A stretch of DNA of 64,000 nt from Lingula anatina (taxonomy: Eukaryota; Animalia; Brachiopoda): contig CM120643.1 in the NCBI GenBank assembly GCA_051362555.1, positions 3,162,001 through 3,226,000 of the forward strand. The letters run 5' to 3'. The notes beneath the pieces are model-generated. The model saw only the letters and a program-made list of their open reading frames with translations. It was not told the origin of the DNA and searched no databases. The translations under genes were made by a program, and so were the position numbers. How positions within the stretch are numbered: position 1 is the stretch's first letter; the number at the start of each line of letters is the position of its first letter. Shown piece by piece: positions 25,143-38,891 of the stretch.

Positions 25143-25765
25143 ATGAAACCGATGGTCTGGACTAAATTCGATGTCTTCGGAGTAACTAAAACCTGTCGCA
25201 GGACGGTGAATAAGATGAACCACTCAGGGCATGGTTTTATTTCACGTAATGATATGACGGACGCTTGTTTAAATAGCTCTCGTAAAAGTCTGGTGGTAAT
25301 TTCCGCTTGATAACATATTCTAAGTAACCGTCCACTGCGCCATACTAAAACTGAACAAGCCAATATAGTACATGTAGTTAATTGTATACAAAATGTTGGC
25401 ACAGCTTGTTGTTGATGATGATGATAATTTCATTTTTTTTAAATAGCCATAAAAGCAATGGTGGATACTATTACAAGCAACAGTTCAAAGTTTTGGGGGG
25501 TTTGTCATCAATTTACCGTTCATATACCTTAAATCAGCTGTGAAGTCACTTACAAGACCATTAGCTCGAATCAAGATATAAGACCCATCAGATATAATGA
25601 GCTCAATCATGGACCTACCTTGTATTGTTATTTCTAATACAACAGGGAAAAAAGAACTTAATACAAATAATCAATAAATGGACTGAAGGAAGAGATAAAG
25701 ACATTCTTCGGTTATTATTCCTAATTAGACACATTCATCAGACTGATCTGTTAAGGTCGGGTTAA

Positions 25766-26143
25766 AGGATAACAACGGAGGATAACAGCGGAGGATAACA
25801 GTGGAGGATAACAGTGGAGGATAACAACGGAGGATAACAGTGGAGGATAACAACGGAGGATAACAGTGGAGGATAAAAGCGGAACGGAGGATAACAGTGG
25901 AGGATTACAACGGAGGATAACAGTGGAGGATAACAGTGGAGGATAACAACGGAGGATAACAGTGGAGGATAAAAGCGGAACGGAGGATAACAGTGGAGGA
26001 TAACAGTGGAGGATAACAGTGGAGGATAACAGCGGAACGGAGGATAACAGTGGAGGATAACAGCGGAGGATAACAACGGAGGATAACAGCGGAGGATTAC
26101 AGCAGAGGATAACGGTGGAGGATAACAGTGGAGGATCACTGTG
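25766..26143. repeat. 13-bp minisatellite (GGAGGATAACAGT) with variant units
   Basis: Roughly 28 tandem units. Variants AACAAC and A[A/C]AGCGGAAC recur. Confidence 0.95.
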
Positions 26144-26400
26144 GGGAGCTTTCCTATATAAAAAGAAACGGTGCAACGGCCAGAATAGCAAGAAATCGCA
26201 AACATATTTTCTTAGCAAGAAAGTTCAAATCACTGCCAATATTATGTCTGTAGTTTTTATCCTCATCAACATATAGATTTCTCTTGTTAGTTAACAGCAT
26301 TAAATGATTTTTTAAGCATGACTTCTGATCGAAGTGGAGCCAAGATTTAATTGTTGTGCTACCGCAGGGACGGCAGGCGTGGAAGCCGGGGAGTCCTTTA

Positions 26401-27088
26401 GGCCCCTATTTCACACAGACCACGAATCCCACGAATCGCCAGGAATTGACAAATTTCAAGATTCGTGAGGAATCGTGAGATTTTGCCAATTTTCTGGTCT
26501 AATTCGAGACGCTCACGATTCAGTTACGATACAGGTACGATAGTGTTATGAATATTCGTGGGATTCGGCTGGAATCGTGAGATTTTGCCAATTTTCTGGT
26601 CTAATTCGACACGCTCTACGATTCAGTTACGATACAGGTGCGATAGTGTTACGAATATTCGTGGGATTCGGCTGGAATCGCACGAAAATTGTCCAGAAAT
26701 TCACTACGATTTTTTGGAATCGGGAGTTCGTGGCCAGGACTTCGAACAGCTCAAACTTTTTGCAACGAATTCCCGATTGATCAAGAATTGCAAGAACTGA
26801 CTACGATTATATACGAATCTGTTAAGAACTTCACGACCTGATTACGATTCAACCACGAAACCTGAAATTTTCAATTCCTGGCGATTCGTGGGATTCGTGG
26901 TCTGTGTGAAATAGGGGCATCAAAGTTTTTGCCACCAATTCCTGTTGGTCAAGAAGTGCAAGAACTGACTACGAATATATACGAATCTGTTAAAAACTTC
27001 ACGAACTGATTACGATTCAACCACGAATCGCGAAATTTGTCAATTCATGGCCATTCGTGGGATTCATGGTCTGTGTGAAATAGGGGCA
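26401..27088. mobile_element. PIF/Harbinger-type non-autonomous element with an internal duplication and a duplicated right end
   Basis: Long TIR gcccctatttcacacagaccacgaatcccacgaat. Its complement occurs twice (ending about 26919 and 27088). TTA at 26398-400 and 27089-91. Confidence 0.8.
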
Positions 27089-28764
27089 TTAGGAATCGGT
27101 ACCAGTTACTCCCTGGATCAACTTGTTCTGAAAGCACCCATTGTGATCAATCTATGACCGAATTAACCAAACCAAGTTAACTTTTATGCGATTTATTATT
27201 GATTGCTGGCTACTTCAGAGGACGGATGAAATATCGCAAATTTCAGCCGAACGGAGAGATTTGAACATTGGGCCTTTCATATTATCAAGAGAACACATTG
27301 ACTGCACATTGGAGCTTAAGGACACTTGGCGTTTATGAAATAGGATAAAGACCGCCCATTACCTTTTATCTCTGGTGACTGGAAACCTCTTAGTGGTCAC
27401 AAGGGTGCTATCTTTGATGGATGCTTGTTTCCGCGTCCAGTTTTCTATTCCCATCACCTAATGATACTGCTAGTATATGACAGAAAGCGTTTGCACTGTA
27501 GAGCACTGTTGGAGACGGAATACATTTTCTATTGAAATGTTTTGTGAGGTGTCGCAACGAGGGGTGGCACAAAAAGTTATATGCAAGTATGCATAGGTAG
27601 ATAAAATGATCATAAGGTAAATGCATTACGTCAGCACAGTCGGCAAGAATTCGATAAACATCGACAGGTGGTAGGCGCTGGGGTTTAACCCCGTACGTGA
27701 TTTCCGAACCGGGAGTATGAGTAAATCGGCAATGCTGACATTTTATGTCTTTTTCAAACTGTGCATTAAAAGTTGTAATATTATGTGCACGCAGTAATTG
27801 CGCCCACATCTTGGCTTTCTTCGTCCCGTAAAATACAGCTCAGGTGCTGAGCTTTCCTACGTCCCGACTTGATGAGCCTTTCAATGATAACTAAAATCGG
27901 GGCATAGATATGAGCTCAGCACCAGTGCTTTATTTTTTGCGGTGCATTTGTGAAGAGGAAAGACAATATACATGTATACAGTTCCTCCGTGCACATATCA
28001 TGTTAAGTGTATACTGTATGGGAAAGAGACAAAACCCCAGTATCATTAGTCTACTCGACGTGCTTCCTGCACACGCTTACTGTGTGCATTGTATTTCGTA
28101 TCTGCGAACTTGTTGTATAAGCGCAGTGAAAATAACCCACATATGAGGAAAAGAGTCGCTCAGAGCAAAGGAAACGGGTTTTATTAGAACTGTCGAATAT
28201 ACAATTGCTACTGCTGCATTTCAAAATAATGCCACAATTATAGGTACACTACATGCACGCTACGTTTATTGCTGGTAAAATGGCAAAAATCAAACGGCTT
28301 CTCTTTTTAAACAGGTGTATCACCATCCCATCGAGTTAAATTTTTCTATTTTTTAAGCTGCTCGACCGATGTCATGATTTTCAGTGAAGTTTCGGGTGAG
28401 CCAACAGCCCAATGATAAAAATGAATACACTATCAAGAATGTAAAAAAGTATCCCCCCCCCCTGCTGTTTATCAATAAGCGCTGCGTCATTATATAATAG
28501 TGCCATTACAAAATAATCGAACTCACGTTCGTGGTAGAATTTTCCACGCCAGATAATGCATGCAATATGCGTATGCAATAGTGAATGTGTGCGCGTGTGT
28601 GAGTTCGTGCGTTTTTGCACGATTTACTTTTGCTAAAAAAAAAAGTAAAAAAATGAAATAATGGGTATGTAATTCGGAGGAAAGGGTAAATTATGCTGGC
28701 AATGAAACCACCAGGAAAGAGAAAACGAGGGAGAACGAACAAAATATTTATCGGTGCTGTCAAA

Positions 28765-29020
28765 GACCCCTTTTCCATACCTCGATCGATCTAGCAGGAT
28801 CGACCCATCTCCGGAGGGATTCTCGCTAAATTGCATTCAGACTAAGCGGCTGAAATGTCTGGCACGTCTTCTGAAGCTGCTTAACGATAGTTAATTACCC
28901 CCTAACAGCTTGACTACGCGTGTCAGACATCAGAGCCGCTTAAACTGAACATTATTTAGCGAGAATCCCCTCGGAGATGGATCAATCCTGCTAAATCGAT
29001 CTAGGTATGGGAACGGAGGC
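28765..29020. mobile_element. GATCGATC-family MITE, copy (subfamily shared with 48829 and 52593)
   Basis: Inverted arms ccatacctcgatcgatctagcaggatcgacccatctcc ... ggagatggatcaatcctgctaaatcgatctaggtatgg. Confidence 0.75.
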
Positions 29021-29141
29021 AAAGAAGACATGCAGAAAATTAGAATAGAAGAGGACTCGGAGTGGGTTCATGGAGGCATGCTCTCCGCTGTGACGCCCCC
29101 TGAAGGGGACAAAGCCGAAAGTCAAAGAACAAGAACAACAA
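29021..29141 (+). mobile_element. Possible RTE-clade LINE 3' end fragment
   Basis: ccgctgtgacgccccctgaaggggacaaagccgaaag followed by a short A-rich repeat tail resembles RTE 3' termini. Recognition by eye. Confidence 0.4.
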
Positions 29142-30050
29142 CGAAGGATTCACAACGGCTCTTGTATCCAAGGTCAAGAATGGTGATGAATCTTCACAGT
29201 GCCCTTTAAAGCCGATTACAAACCTATATTTATCAGTAGATCAGTTACTGCTTCAGCAAATGTCCGGCGAAATGTCATATGATCTATTTGTGACTTGTGT
29301 GATACAAAAATTAATTAGAGTGAGCGGTAGTCAGAATATCCTTTTCCCTTTGTCCTCGGAGAACTCGATCAGGTCACGTTACCGTCTAAAACCAATCTAT
29401 AACCAATCTAGAGTTCTAGAGTGGCATAAATTTTATCTGTTTTTCTCGACCCCTGACAGCAGATTTTCTCAGTTTCTCTTTTATCAACTATTTCTCACAA
29501 ATGTGAGCTATAGGTTGTCGAGTGTCGCGCTGTCTGTCACAGTTTTAATTTGAAATGCCTGGCGTTCTTTGTAATGACGCCCTCGTGAAACCAGCATATG
29601 TATGTCCGAACAAAGTAATAGCGGCAGATTAGAGGTGACAGAAAGTTTAGCGTTATCTCTTGAAAAACACCCGCACACATAAACATCTGCAATTGATGCA
29701 ATTGTGAAGGCAGTGTGTCACCATCAAAATGTTTTATGTATGAGAATATGGCAATAGTCAGATTTATCTGAGTGCTAGAATCAAAACAGTTCTTACCACT
29801 ATACTATAACTTAACAGCTATAGAGACAATAAATCTTCAATGAGATTGATAGAATGAAAACTTGAATAATAGTTTTTGTGTCGCAATTTGTATTTTTTGA
29901 TTGTTCTTCTACATGTTTTCCTTTTTTTGTGTATCGTCGGGGCTACTTGATAAAATGTAATAAGCTCCGTGATTGATTTTTTTTTCACTATTCCTTTTTT
30001 TTAGAGTCAAGACAATGCCAAACCCTACTCTCCTACTAAGGCCATGACGG

Positions 30051-30250
30051 TGTGACAGGAATGATAGTCCGCTAGGAACCGTAGTCCGTTCCCCATTACT
30101 TTGTACAGGTGTAACAGGAATGATAGTCCGCTAACCGTAGTCCGTTCCCCATTACTTTGTACAGGCGATATTTTCCCCATACACTAACCCTGATACTGTA
30201 ACTCTAACCTGTACTAATCATATGAGAGCCTGGACTTCCATTCTTGTCCA
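30051..30250 (+). mobile_element. Ginger-like short element with an internal duplication of about 58 bp
   Basis: acgg|tgtgacagg start. The block tgt.acaggaatgatagtccgcta...ccccattactttgtacagg is repeated twice. Confidence 0.45.
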
Positions 30251-33200
30251 GTAGCGGATCCAGGATTATTTGAAGGGGGGAGGGGGGGGGGGGTCCGGAA
30301 CGACAGGCCTCAGAAGCGAAGCTAACCATCGCCCCCTTGGTGTGGGGTACGGGGCCGTCTCAAGGGACTCGAAAAAATATTTGGTGTGTTGGAGAGCAAA
30401 CTGTGCCCTTTGGTACGGTTTAGAACTATGACTTAGCTAAACAAAATTTAATTTCAAGAGGGCAATATTGGTGTGATATATTTTTCAGAATCCGAAAGGA
30501 AGCACCCCCCTGGCCGCTTCTATAAATTCGCCGCCGCTGTCACAGCGGTAACAAATAATTTCTACTTTGTGAGTACCACTCTACGTGAGTCCCCTTACTT
30601 GGTCCAGTATACCGGAGGAAATCTTTTACTGGAGCTAGTGGTAAAAATGTTCTTTTTTTGCTTGATTTTCGATAAAATAAAATAGAATTTAAAAAATAAT
30701 AAAATCGTACTGGAGCATAACGTAGCCCCAACCTGCTTCGACATTTAGGGTCAGGTCTCAAGTAATTCTTTTTTAATTATTCACAGGCGGATTTTAATAA
30801 TAATCAAATGATAATGGTAATGGTATAGGATAATTTCTCGTATAAACACTTGCCATCATTTAATCGATCTAACCACATTACTTGTAAAAGTACAAGACCA
30901 TCTTAACTCACTTGTAACTCCTGGGATTTTTGACTTCACAAATGCCAACCCTTCACCAAACTGATTAAATCTTAAAAAGCTAATAGAACGGTACATGTGC
31001 TTCTCCAGTTTTCAAAGTTCAGTGTTATGAGTAGTTATCACTTCCCGCCTAAGAAAACCACCTTGGTTATTTTCCTGGTAATTTATCTATGAGCTTCAAG
31101 GTAAGAAATAGCTAGACAACTTACCGTTCAGGCACCATTCACAGCCAGAAGGGGACTTTCTATCGCCTCTGAGACATCTGTTGTGTATTCTAGTTATTCG
31201 CACATAGAGAGTCGTTGATGACACAGCGCTTTCAAACAATACGGGCTCTGCGAAAAATATGGGCTTGCCTATTGTGTTGCTGAATGAACAACGATTTGAA
31301 AATCGTCAAGGTTTTCCCAGGCCAACCCTTGATAAGTCTGCTCGAATGCTAGTCTTCTTTTTCAATGATGAGCCAGGTTGCAGCCCTTCTCGGCGTGGAG
31401 CTGCAACAATTATCTTCTTATAGTCACCAATGAAAATGGAGCTATCAACGACAAAAAGCATTATAATATTCATTTGTAGCATTAAGTACCTACTATCCGT
31501 AGGTTTAATCCCCACATTATCAAAAGAGCCTTCCAATGTTTATATTGCGCATGTGTTTTTATTTCAGTATTGTGTATTTTATCTGTGCAAAAGAATCTGC
31601 AGAACTGAAATCCCTTGAGTTTCGTTAAACACAAACTACAGTTTTATTTTTCTATAACACGACATCGAACCATCGAAAAATCAATTATCAATATTAGCGT
31701 ATCCTTTTTTAACGTAGTTCAGTATGACGGAAGTGTCTTACCTCACTAATGATTTAATGCGTGGCATTTATTTAGTTTATATCTCTTTTTTTTCAGCCAT
31801 TTGTTTTATTTGTTGTCGAAGTTTCAATAAAGTGAAATCTCTTGGGTAACGATTAGAAAATTAAACCACTCTTTTCCTGGAGAGCTGGAGTACGCTGGTA
31901 CGTGTTGCATAAGTGTTGAATAAATGAAGAAAAAGATTCATCTCGATCGGGTGATTGTTTTAATGTATATTATTTTTTCAGATCAGCGAAGTGGTGTGCT
32001 GATGAGTAGGTTGTTAAAACAAAAAAAAGCGTTACTCAATCATCGCCTCTGTTTACAGCAATGAGAATGATAGTAATTTCCTTTACGATGATAGGAATAA
32101 AAGCTTTCAAAAGAATTGAGCGCTTCATAATCTAAATTTATATCAAAGTTTCACACGTTTTTATTCCTGCAAGGTTTATAGATTTGCGTTAATCCCACAC
32201 TATAGAATAAACAGGACCAGTACCGTGATGCATCATTCTAGCGCGAGTGCTCGTGTCGGCGCGTGCCCCTGATAGCGGCACTGCATTTATAGGTGTAACT
32301 TGACTCGTAATTACCTCCACCAGAATAAAAAGCTGTTCTTTTGCCTTTGTTGGTGTGTTAACACCCTGATTCATAAAAAAGTTGGGCAACTTTTTCGGGT
32401 TAGGCAAAATCGACAACTTTTTAGCGTTGACCCATTGATCAATCAATTTTAATAAGTTTAATGAGATAATGAAAATGGCTGTGCATTGACAGTGTTTGTT
32501 GCTGGTCGTTTTTCGAGTTAGTAATGTATATCATAACAAAATGCACTTGCATAAACACACTTAGGCAAGCGTATACTCTAATGACAATAACTAATTAATA
32601 TAAAACAAGCTGTGAACACTTTTTTAATAGAACACTTAGACAAAGAAGTTTAATGTTATTACATCACTTTAAGGGTGTTAAACTTGTTTAATCCATCCAG
32701 TTGACTGAAATGTAGACTCTATGGCTAATTACCACCCAGTAGAAATGAACAGGAACAAAGGGAACAAAATTTAACTGTATAGACCAGATAGCATTCAATA
32801 AAGAACGTCTGCCATAGTTTTTCGACTAGTTATACTGGTAGCGTTGATAACAATGCGTCGCTGAATATTTGCTTTTTATCCCTTTTGTCCGTTTTGTGTG
32901 CGTTGTTTTACATGACAAAAGAGCCCTTCAGATGCTGTAAAAACAATTTCGTTTTATTTCCACCGAATATGAACGTTACTGCCCGTAAAAGTACAGTAGA
33001 CTCTACAGGTGGGGCTTTTTTAAGAAATGTACAAATTTGAAAAAAATATATGTGGATTTGATACAGCAGATCGCAATGGACGCGATTGTATTTGTCTCTC
33101 ATTAAACCCAATATAATCCCCTGCTCTGACACAGGTGTTGTTTGTGTGCAGACAATATAGTTTATATATCTCTCTCTGGCTGTGACATTTAAAAATCTTC

Positions 33201-34377
33201 TAATAGATGCCTAAAGTCATCAAAACTCCATTTTAATGCGCTCTCTAAGGAAGCGCTGAAAGACGGTCACTGTCGTCTTTAAGTCGACTCGTCGCCATCC
33301 ATCACGCTATATAACCTTATGTTGGTGCATCCAATTAAGGAGATACAATATTGAAAAGACAGCACCTGGGGCTTAAGTTGTGACTGAACGAGTCATTCCG
33401 CTATCCATTAATACAGGTCAGGCCGCTTAGCACATCACGATTAAGTACAACATGTTCGAAAATCCTCGCACAGTAACAGAAACCATGCACAAACTTGTGA
33501 CTGGTACATTTACCGGAGTAAATGCCGGGAAAAGGTCTTCTAGGAACTTCTTTTTTATTCAAATGACCCCTTTTGCCAGAAAAAAAAAGGTTTTTCACTT
33601 TTCCTTCCACAGTCTTTTATCCAGGATTTCTCCAATACATCGAATTTCCCTAAGTCTTCCTAGTCATTATTGCTTGACCTGTACTTACGATGTTTAATAC
33701 AATCTAAGTTGAATAATAATATCCAGTCCCTTCGACCCCCAAGTCCTCTAGTATATTGCAGAAGGAAAAATCAACACCAGGTACATTTGTTGAAGGGGTT
33801 TTGTCGTTTCTGAGTTTTGAATTGGGAAAGTGGCCTTGAACGATATGCAGACATACAAAAGCATGACTCTGGAACATTTTTTGACGCGGAGAGCATCATG
33901 CACATTTAAGCAAAACTCTAAAGCATCCAGGGAACATTTGCCCTAAAAAATTAAGTAACGCAGAAGCGAATGTTATGACCTATCAAAATGATCTAGTCAG
34001 GCCCGTAGCCAGCAATTTTCAAAAAGGGGACTCTTTTTTTTTTTTTTTTTTTGAAAAAGTGGACCTTTTAAAATGTAGCCTTCAGAGGGGACCCCCCTCC
34101 CCCCCCCCCCTCCCCGGGCCGGGGGGTGGCTGTGGGCCCGCAGAGTTAAATATTTAAATGCTTCAGCATCAAGTCTCGAAAGCTCAAAAGGTGTGCCTTA
34201 AGTCTAAATTGCCTTAATTTTAAGCTTGTAAACAGAGAATAATTACCTTGTTATACCGCATTATTCAAATTCATGACACCTATTCGACCTGTAATTGCAT
34301 CTCCTTGGAACGAATGTCTTGGTTAAAACTTTCCTGAGATTTAAAGTCCTATGGACACCCATTACTAAGTATTCTAA

Positions 34378-34592
34378 GACCCCATTTCCAGAGATTAGAT
34401 CGATCTACTTTAGATCGACCTAACTCCCTGGGGGTTCACGCTAAATAGCTGTCAGCCGAGCGGACACGAAAGTTAATTACCCCCTTACAGCTTGTAGTAG
34501 GCGGGACGGACATTTAAGCCGGATTATCTGACAGTAATCTAGTGAGACTCCCCGCGGGGATAGATCGATCTAAAAGCTCTGGGAATACAGCC
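34378..34592. mobile_element. GATCGATC-family MITE, full copy with TAA TSD
   Basis: TAA at 34375-77 and 34593-95. Nearly identical to 41789-42003. Confidence 0.8.
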
Positions 34593-35140
34593 TAAGTCCT
34601 GCAGATAGGTATCGATGTCCGAGTCGGATATATTTTCCCAAATGCGTCTGTCATTTTCATATGGTAGTTGTGATAATTTTAGAAGTTTTAAACATATTGT
34701 TTAAGCATGAGATTATGCATACCCCTACAGACACTTTCTCTGGCTAACTTGAGATATTTCAAATAAACGAAAAATCGAACACAATCTTAGATTAGATTTG
34801 GATTAGATTTAGATTTTCATTTTATTTTCATTTACTATATAAATAATATGAGATCGGCACAGCCACCTTTCAGTGAGTCTTAAAAATATCTCAACATCTT
34901 CACGTTACATAAATACTTTAATTTTGGTTAGTCCTCCCGTGCCCACTTTTCTAACCGATGTTCATGTCCTTCATACATGTCTAGAGATGTAATGTGACGG
35001 TACTGAATTGTGCATTATTCGGTTTAAGGAAAGTTTGGCGTAGTAAAACGTTAATTTATGGCGACGGTCTAACACTTACAAATTTGCTTGAAGCTTACTA
35101 TTCAATATTTCAGGCGTACACATTACTTTAATATCATTAA

Positions 35141-35220
35141 GGCCACACTTTTTTAATTTTATGGATGACATCCTGCGCGCGCACCGATTTTCGTCCGTTC
35201 TCCAAAAAAAAAAAAAAAAA

Positions 35221-35260
<40 letters not shown>

Positions 35261-36257
35261 GGAAGTCGGTTGTCGCAACGTCGTTATTGAATTTGCCGGA
35301 AAATGCAATCGGCAATCCTCGGCTAATTCCGCAAGCTCCATGCTGTCATTGTCGACTGCGGAGACATCCGAGTAGTTCCGAGTGCGGAAAATGAGCTTTC
35401 TGCGCATGCGTATTATCACCACGTGGAAATATGGCCGCTTTGCTGTCAAATTCATCTCTAGCATTAATTTCAAAATACACGACAATTAAAGTCATAAAGA
35501 GAACGGGGGCCGTCGTTTTGGATTGGTTTGCCATTGATATTGGACATGGAGATATCACCTTTTTACAATTATACGAAAGGCTGGCCGCGGCCAGCGATCA
35601 TCACCCGGAAAATTTCATTGACATTCTGTCCAAAGCAGCACATAGGCTTACCAGGGTTTTTTTTTTTTTTTTTTTGTAGCGAAAAAAGGGTCGACAAGAG
35701 CGTCGTGGTATTTGGTGGACTGAAGGTTGGACAGGCCACCCAATAGTTGGCTGCTACGTGTGAGTCGAAGTAGACAAAATGGCATCGACCGAAATTACCT
35801 TTTTTAGATTTGGTAGTAGGAAGCATAGGCCTATCTTTGCTTCATTTTTTAACAATTCTGTGAAGTGTTCACAATGCTTAAATTTTCGAGAGTACAAATA
35901 AAGACACGCTGTTTATTTGATATTTGTTTTATTGATTGCTATACCAACAGAATGCATGAAATAACCTTAAATAGATTTGGTAATATGCAGCATATATATA
36001 TTCATGACTTTTTACCTTTCTACGAAGTAGGCCCTATTCACAATGCTTTAATATTTTGAGAGCATGGATAAAGACATGTTGTTAGTTTGATACGTGTTTC
36101 TGTGGTAAATTAGTGTTTCCAGCTGTGTACTGAAAACATAACTTTTCTTAAGCAGTTTTTTTTTTTTTTGGACTGTTTTTTTTTTTTTTTTTCGCCCGCT
36201 CGCACCGATTTTGGGGTCCCCAGAGGATGTCATCCATAAAAATAAAAAAGTGTGGCC
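35141..36257. mobile_element. PIF/Harbinger-type non-autonomous transposon, about 1.1 kb
   Basis: About 33-bp TIR ggccacacttttttaattttatggatgacatcct / aggatgtcatccataaaaataaaaaagtgtggcc. TAA TSD at 35138-40 and 36258-60. No transposase ORF. Confidence 0.85.
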
Positions 36258-36411
36258 TAATCAACACTATTTGATGTTTATCACTAATCTGCTTCATTTC
36301 TGTTTATTAAAGGGAGCTTCAATAAATGCGGCCGTCATCGGCCAAATTTCGAACATTACAGTTACACTTAAGTTTGTTCTTTTCGTTTAACTGGCATGTC
36401 CTATTACTTAA

Positions 36412-37326
36412 AGCCTCGGTCACAACCGGCCGTACGGGCTCTTACGTGCTGTTTGCGTCCAAATTTTGCCCACAATCTCACGTCCCACGCAAGTCCTTCT
36501 TACGAAATTTCGAGTTCGCAGACAGCCCGTAAGCACGTACGGAGGATGTTGGACATGTCAAAAAGATTCTACGAATAGCCTGCGAACAGCGAGGCCGCAA
36601 GCGTAACTTGCTCCCCTTGCACGGAGTTTACAAGAGAGACGCGCGTTGTGCAAGACGCACGTCGCAAGCAATGAAGGAGCAAGTGCCCTTTGCGCGTTGA
36701 GCAAGGCGCCCGCCCTCAAAACTAACGAACAAAGTCGAGAGCACACCGGGAATGCGTCGCACGTGCGTCACCCCCACGCCTGGTGTATAAAAGGCGTGCT
36801 CACGACGCACGCTCGTGTCTTTATAATGAACGTCGACTGTGTAACGTGTACAACAATTTTCAAAATTTTTCAAAATATTGCACAATTAAGTTTCTAATAT
36901 GCCTCCAAAAGGCAAGAGAAAGAAGCTTACAACGTAGAAAAAAGGGAGGAGGAAGAAGCAAGAAGAGGAGAACAGGAATCAAAACTGACGTACGCCGTCA
37001 GTACGTCAACACACACGTGTGAGGCAAGTGTGAAGCAAAACTGACGCAAAAGGGCACTACTTTCGCCACGCGTTGCATTCGCTTCGTAAGTGGTGAGTGT
37101 GTGCTACGTACACAGGAAGCAAGACAAACTCAAGAAATGAGTACAATTTCCACGGCCATCACTCCTTGCAATAAGCGTCCCTGCTTGAAAGGACATCTCA
37201 TGTGGCCCTTGCGACTCGCAAGGCAGACTTTCCTCTAACTCTACGACCTCCACGGCCTCCGCAACACCCAAAAATCGCAGGGGACGTACGATCCTGAAAT
37301 TCGTGCTCCCGGTTGTGACCGAGGCT
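36412..37326. mobile_element. PIF/Harbinger-type non-autonomous transposon, about 915 bp, GC/CpG-rich
   Basis: 18-bp TIR agcctcggtcacaaccgg / ccggttgtgaccgaggct. TAA TSD at 36409-11 and 37327-29. Termini resemble 15721-15957. Confidence 0.85.
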
Positions 37327-37408
37327 TAAATCAGCTTAGATCAGGGAGAAATAAAGGGGTGTATATCAAATAATACACTGCCACCTTTCACGCTATACAC
37401 ACATATGC

Positions 37409-37449
<41 letters not shown>

Positions 37450-37477
37450 GAACGTCTCGAGCGTTAGCGAGATGTGT

Positions 37478-37563
<86 letters not shown>
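37409..37563. repeat. (TG)n and long (TA)n microsatellites
   Basis: TG run at about 37410-37448 and TA run at about 37482-37563. Confidence 0.95.
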
Positions 37564-37565
<2 letters not shown>

Positions 37566-38014
37566 CCCAGGCAGTTGCAGTTTTATTTGAGACTATGAAT
37601 GAAACGTCTATAATTGTATAGAAAATGAACTGAATTTATCTGTTATCCTTTTTAACATCCTTCTGACAGCATTTTTGTCTCTCATCTGATATCTCGTGAT
37701 ATCTGGAAGGTGGAAGCTGACTCCCAAATTTCCCATTCTAAAGATTTTTCAGGTGGAAGTAGAAAGCATGTGATTTTATATATACTGTAGAGCAGTGCTC
37801 TATAACAGGTGGTCTACCTCGATGAGTTTATGTAAGGATTTCTAAAATGAATTAGCCACAGCTCATGGTTTAAAAAATCTTGATATTTAAATCAAAATGA
37901 ATTTGAATAATTTCAGTAACCCTAATTGTATGCCAAACAAACTACTTGTTGTTCGTTGAAATTAAGACATTTTTTTGTGTATAGACATCGCTGCTGGGGA
38001 TGCGAAATCACTTA

Positions 38015-38124
38015 GGGGCCATTCAAAATAGATGGTCTGAGTATTAACTGATCCGCCTACTAAATATGGCTGACCACACTTCAAAGCGATCCCACTGATT
38101 GTGGATGCCCCCCCCTCTCCCCCA

Positions 38125-38160
<36 letters not shown>

Positions 38161-38439
38161 CCACCACAAGCGCCGTTAAACGGATAAAATCTCGGCTCCG
38201 AGGTTTAATTGTTAATTGCTAGGCGCATGCAGCGACGGCGCGTTTGGAGGAGGGGAGACCATCTAGAATTCAAATTATTCAAATATATTTCGATTTAAAT
38301 GTCAAGATTGCTTTAACCATGAGCTGTGACTAATTGATTTTAGAAATCCTTAAATAAACTCATCGAGTTTTGAAGTGTGGTCGGCCATATTTGGTCGGCG
38401 GATCAGTTAGTACTCGGATTATCTATTCTGAATGGTCCC
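38015..38439. mobile_element. TTA-flanked MITE with about 70-bp imperfect TIRs
   Basis: ggggccattcaaaatagat...gaccacacttcaaa versus tttgaagtgtggtc...atctattctgaatggtccc. TTA on both sides. An inverted partial copy of its interior lies at about 37818-37912. Confidence 0.7.
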
Positions 38440-38607
38440 TTAGTTTTCTCTGTGCTGTTGGTATCTCACAAACACGCTTTACTCATGAGCCTGTGTGTAC
38501 GTTGCTGCCAAACTGTGAAAGGAAATTATGTCCGACAGGAATATATGTTCTAGCTGCGTATAATGACAGCTGGGACTCTAGGTTCAGGGTAGGACATTAC
38601 ATCCTAG

Positions 38608-38891
38608 CCCACATGAAAATGCAGTAGTATCGAAGTAGCAAAGAAGCATTAACGCAGTAGTGGTGTGGAGCATATTTGCAGTAGAAACGCAGTATACCCT
38701 ACTGCAATTCTACTTCAAAAATTACATAGGGTTGTACAGAGGAGGAGCATTAATGCAGTAGATTAGCAGCATGATAGAAGCATGTTTCAAATATGCTAAT
38801 TAGCTCCCAGTGCGAAGCAGATTTGATGCATATTTGCAGTATGATTGCAGTAGTCTACTGCGCTGGAGCATCTACTGCGTTTTCGTGCGGG
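38608..38891. mobile_element. Degenerate TIR element with internal gcagtag/ctactgc subrepeats
   Basis: Imperfect TIR cccacatgaaaatgcagtag versus ctactgcgttttcgtgcggg. Confidence 0.5.

Noticed and set aside
25705-25745. CTGATGA motifs (here on the minus strand; also near 1110, 14421 and 31999) as hammerhead ribozyme cores
   Set aside because: No properly placed GAAA with closing stems could be built.
25751-26218. Repetitive ORFs, or a CRISPR-like array
   Set aside because: A 13-bp minisatellite without unique spacers, in a eukaryotic context with no cas genes.
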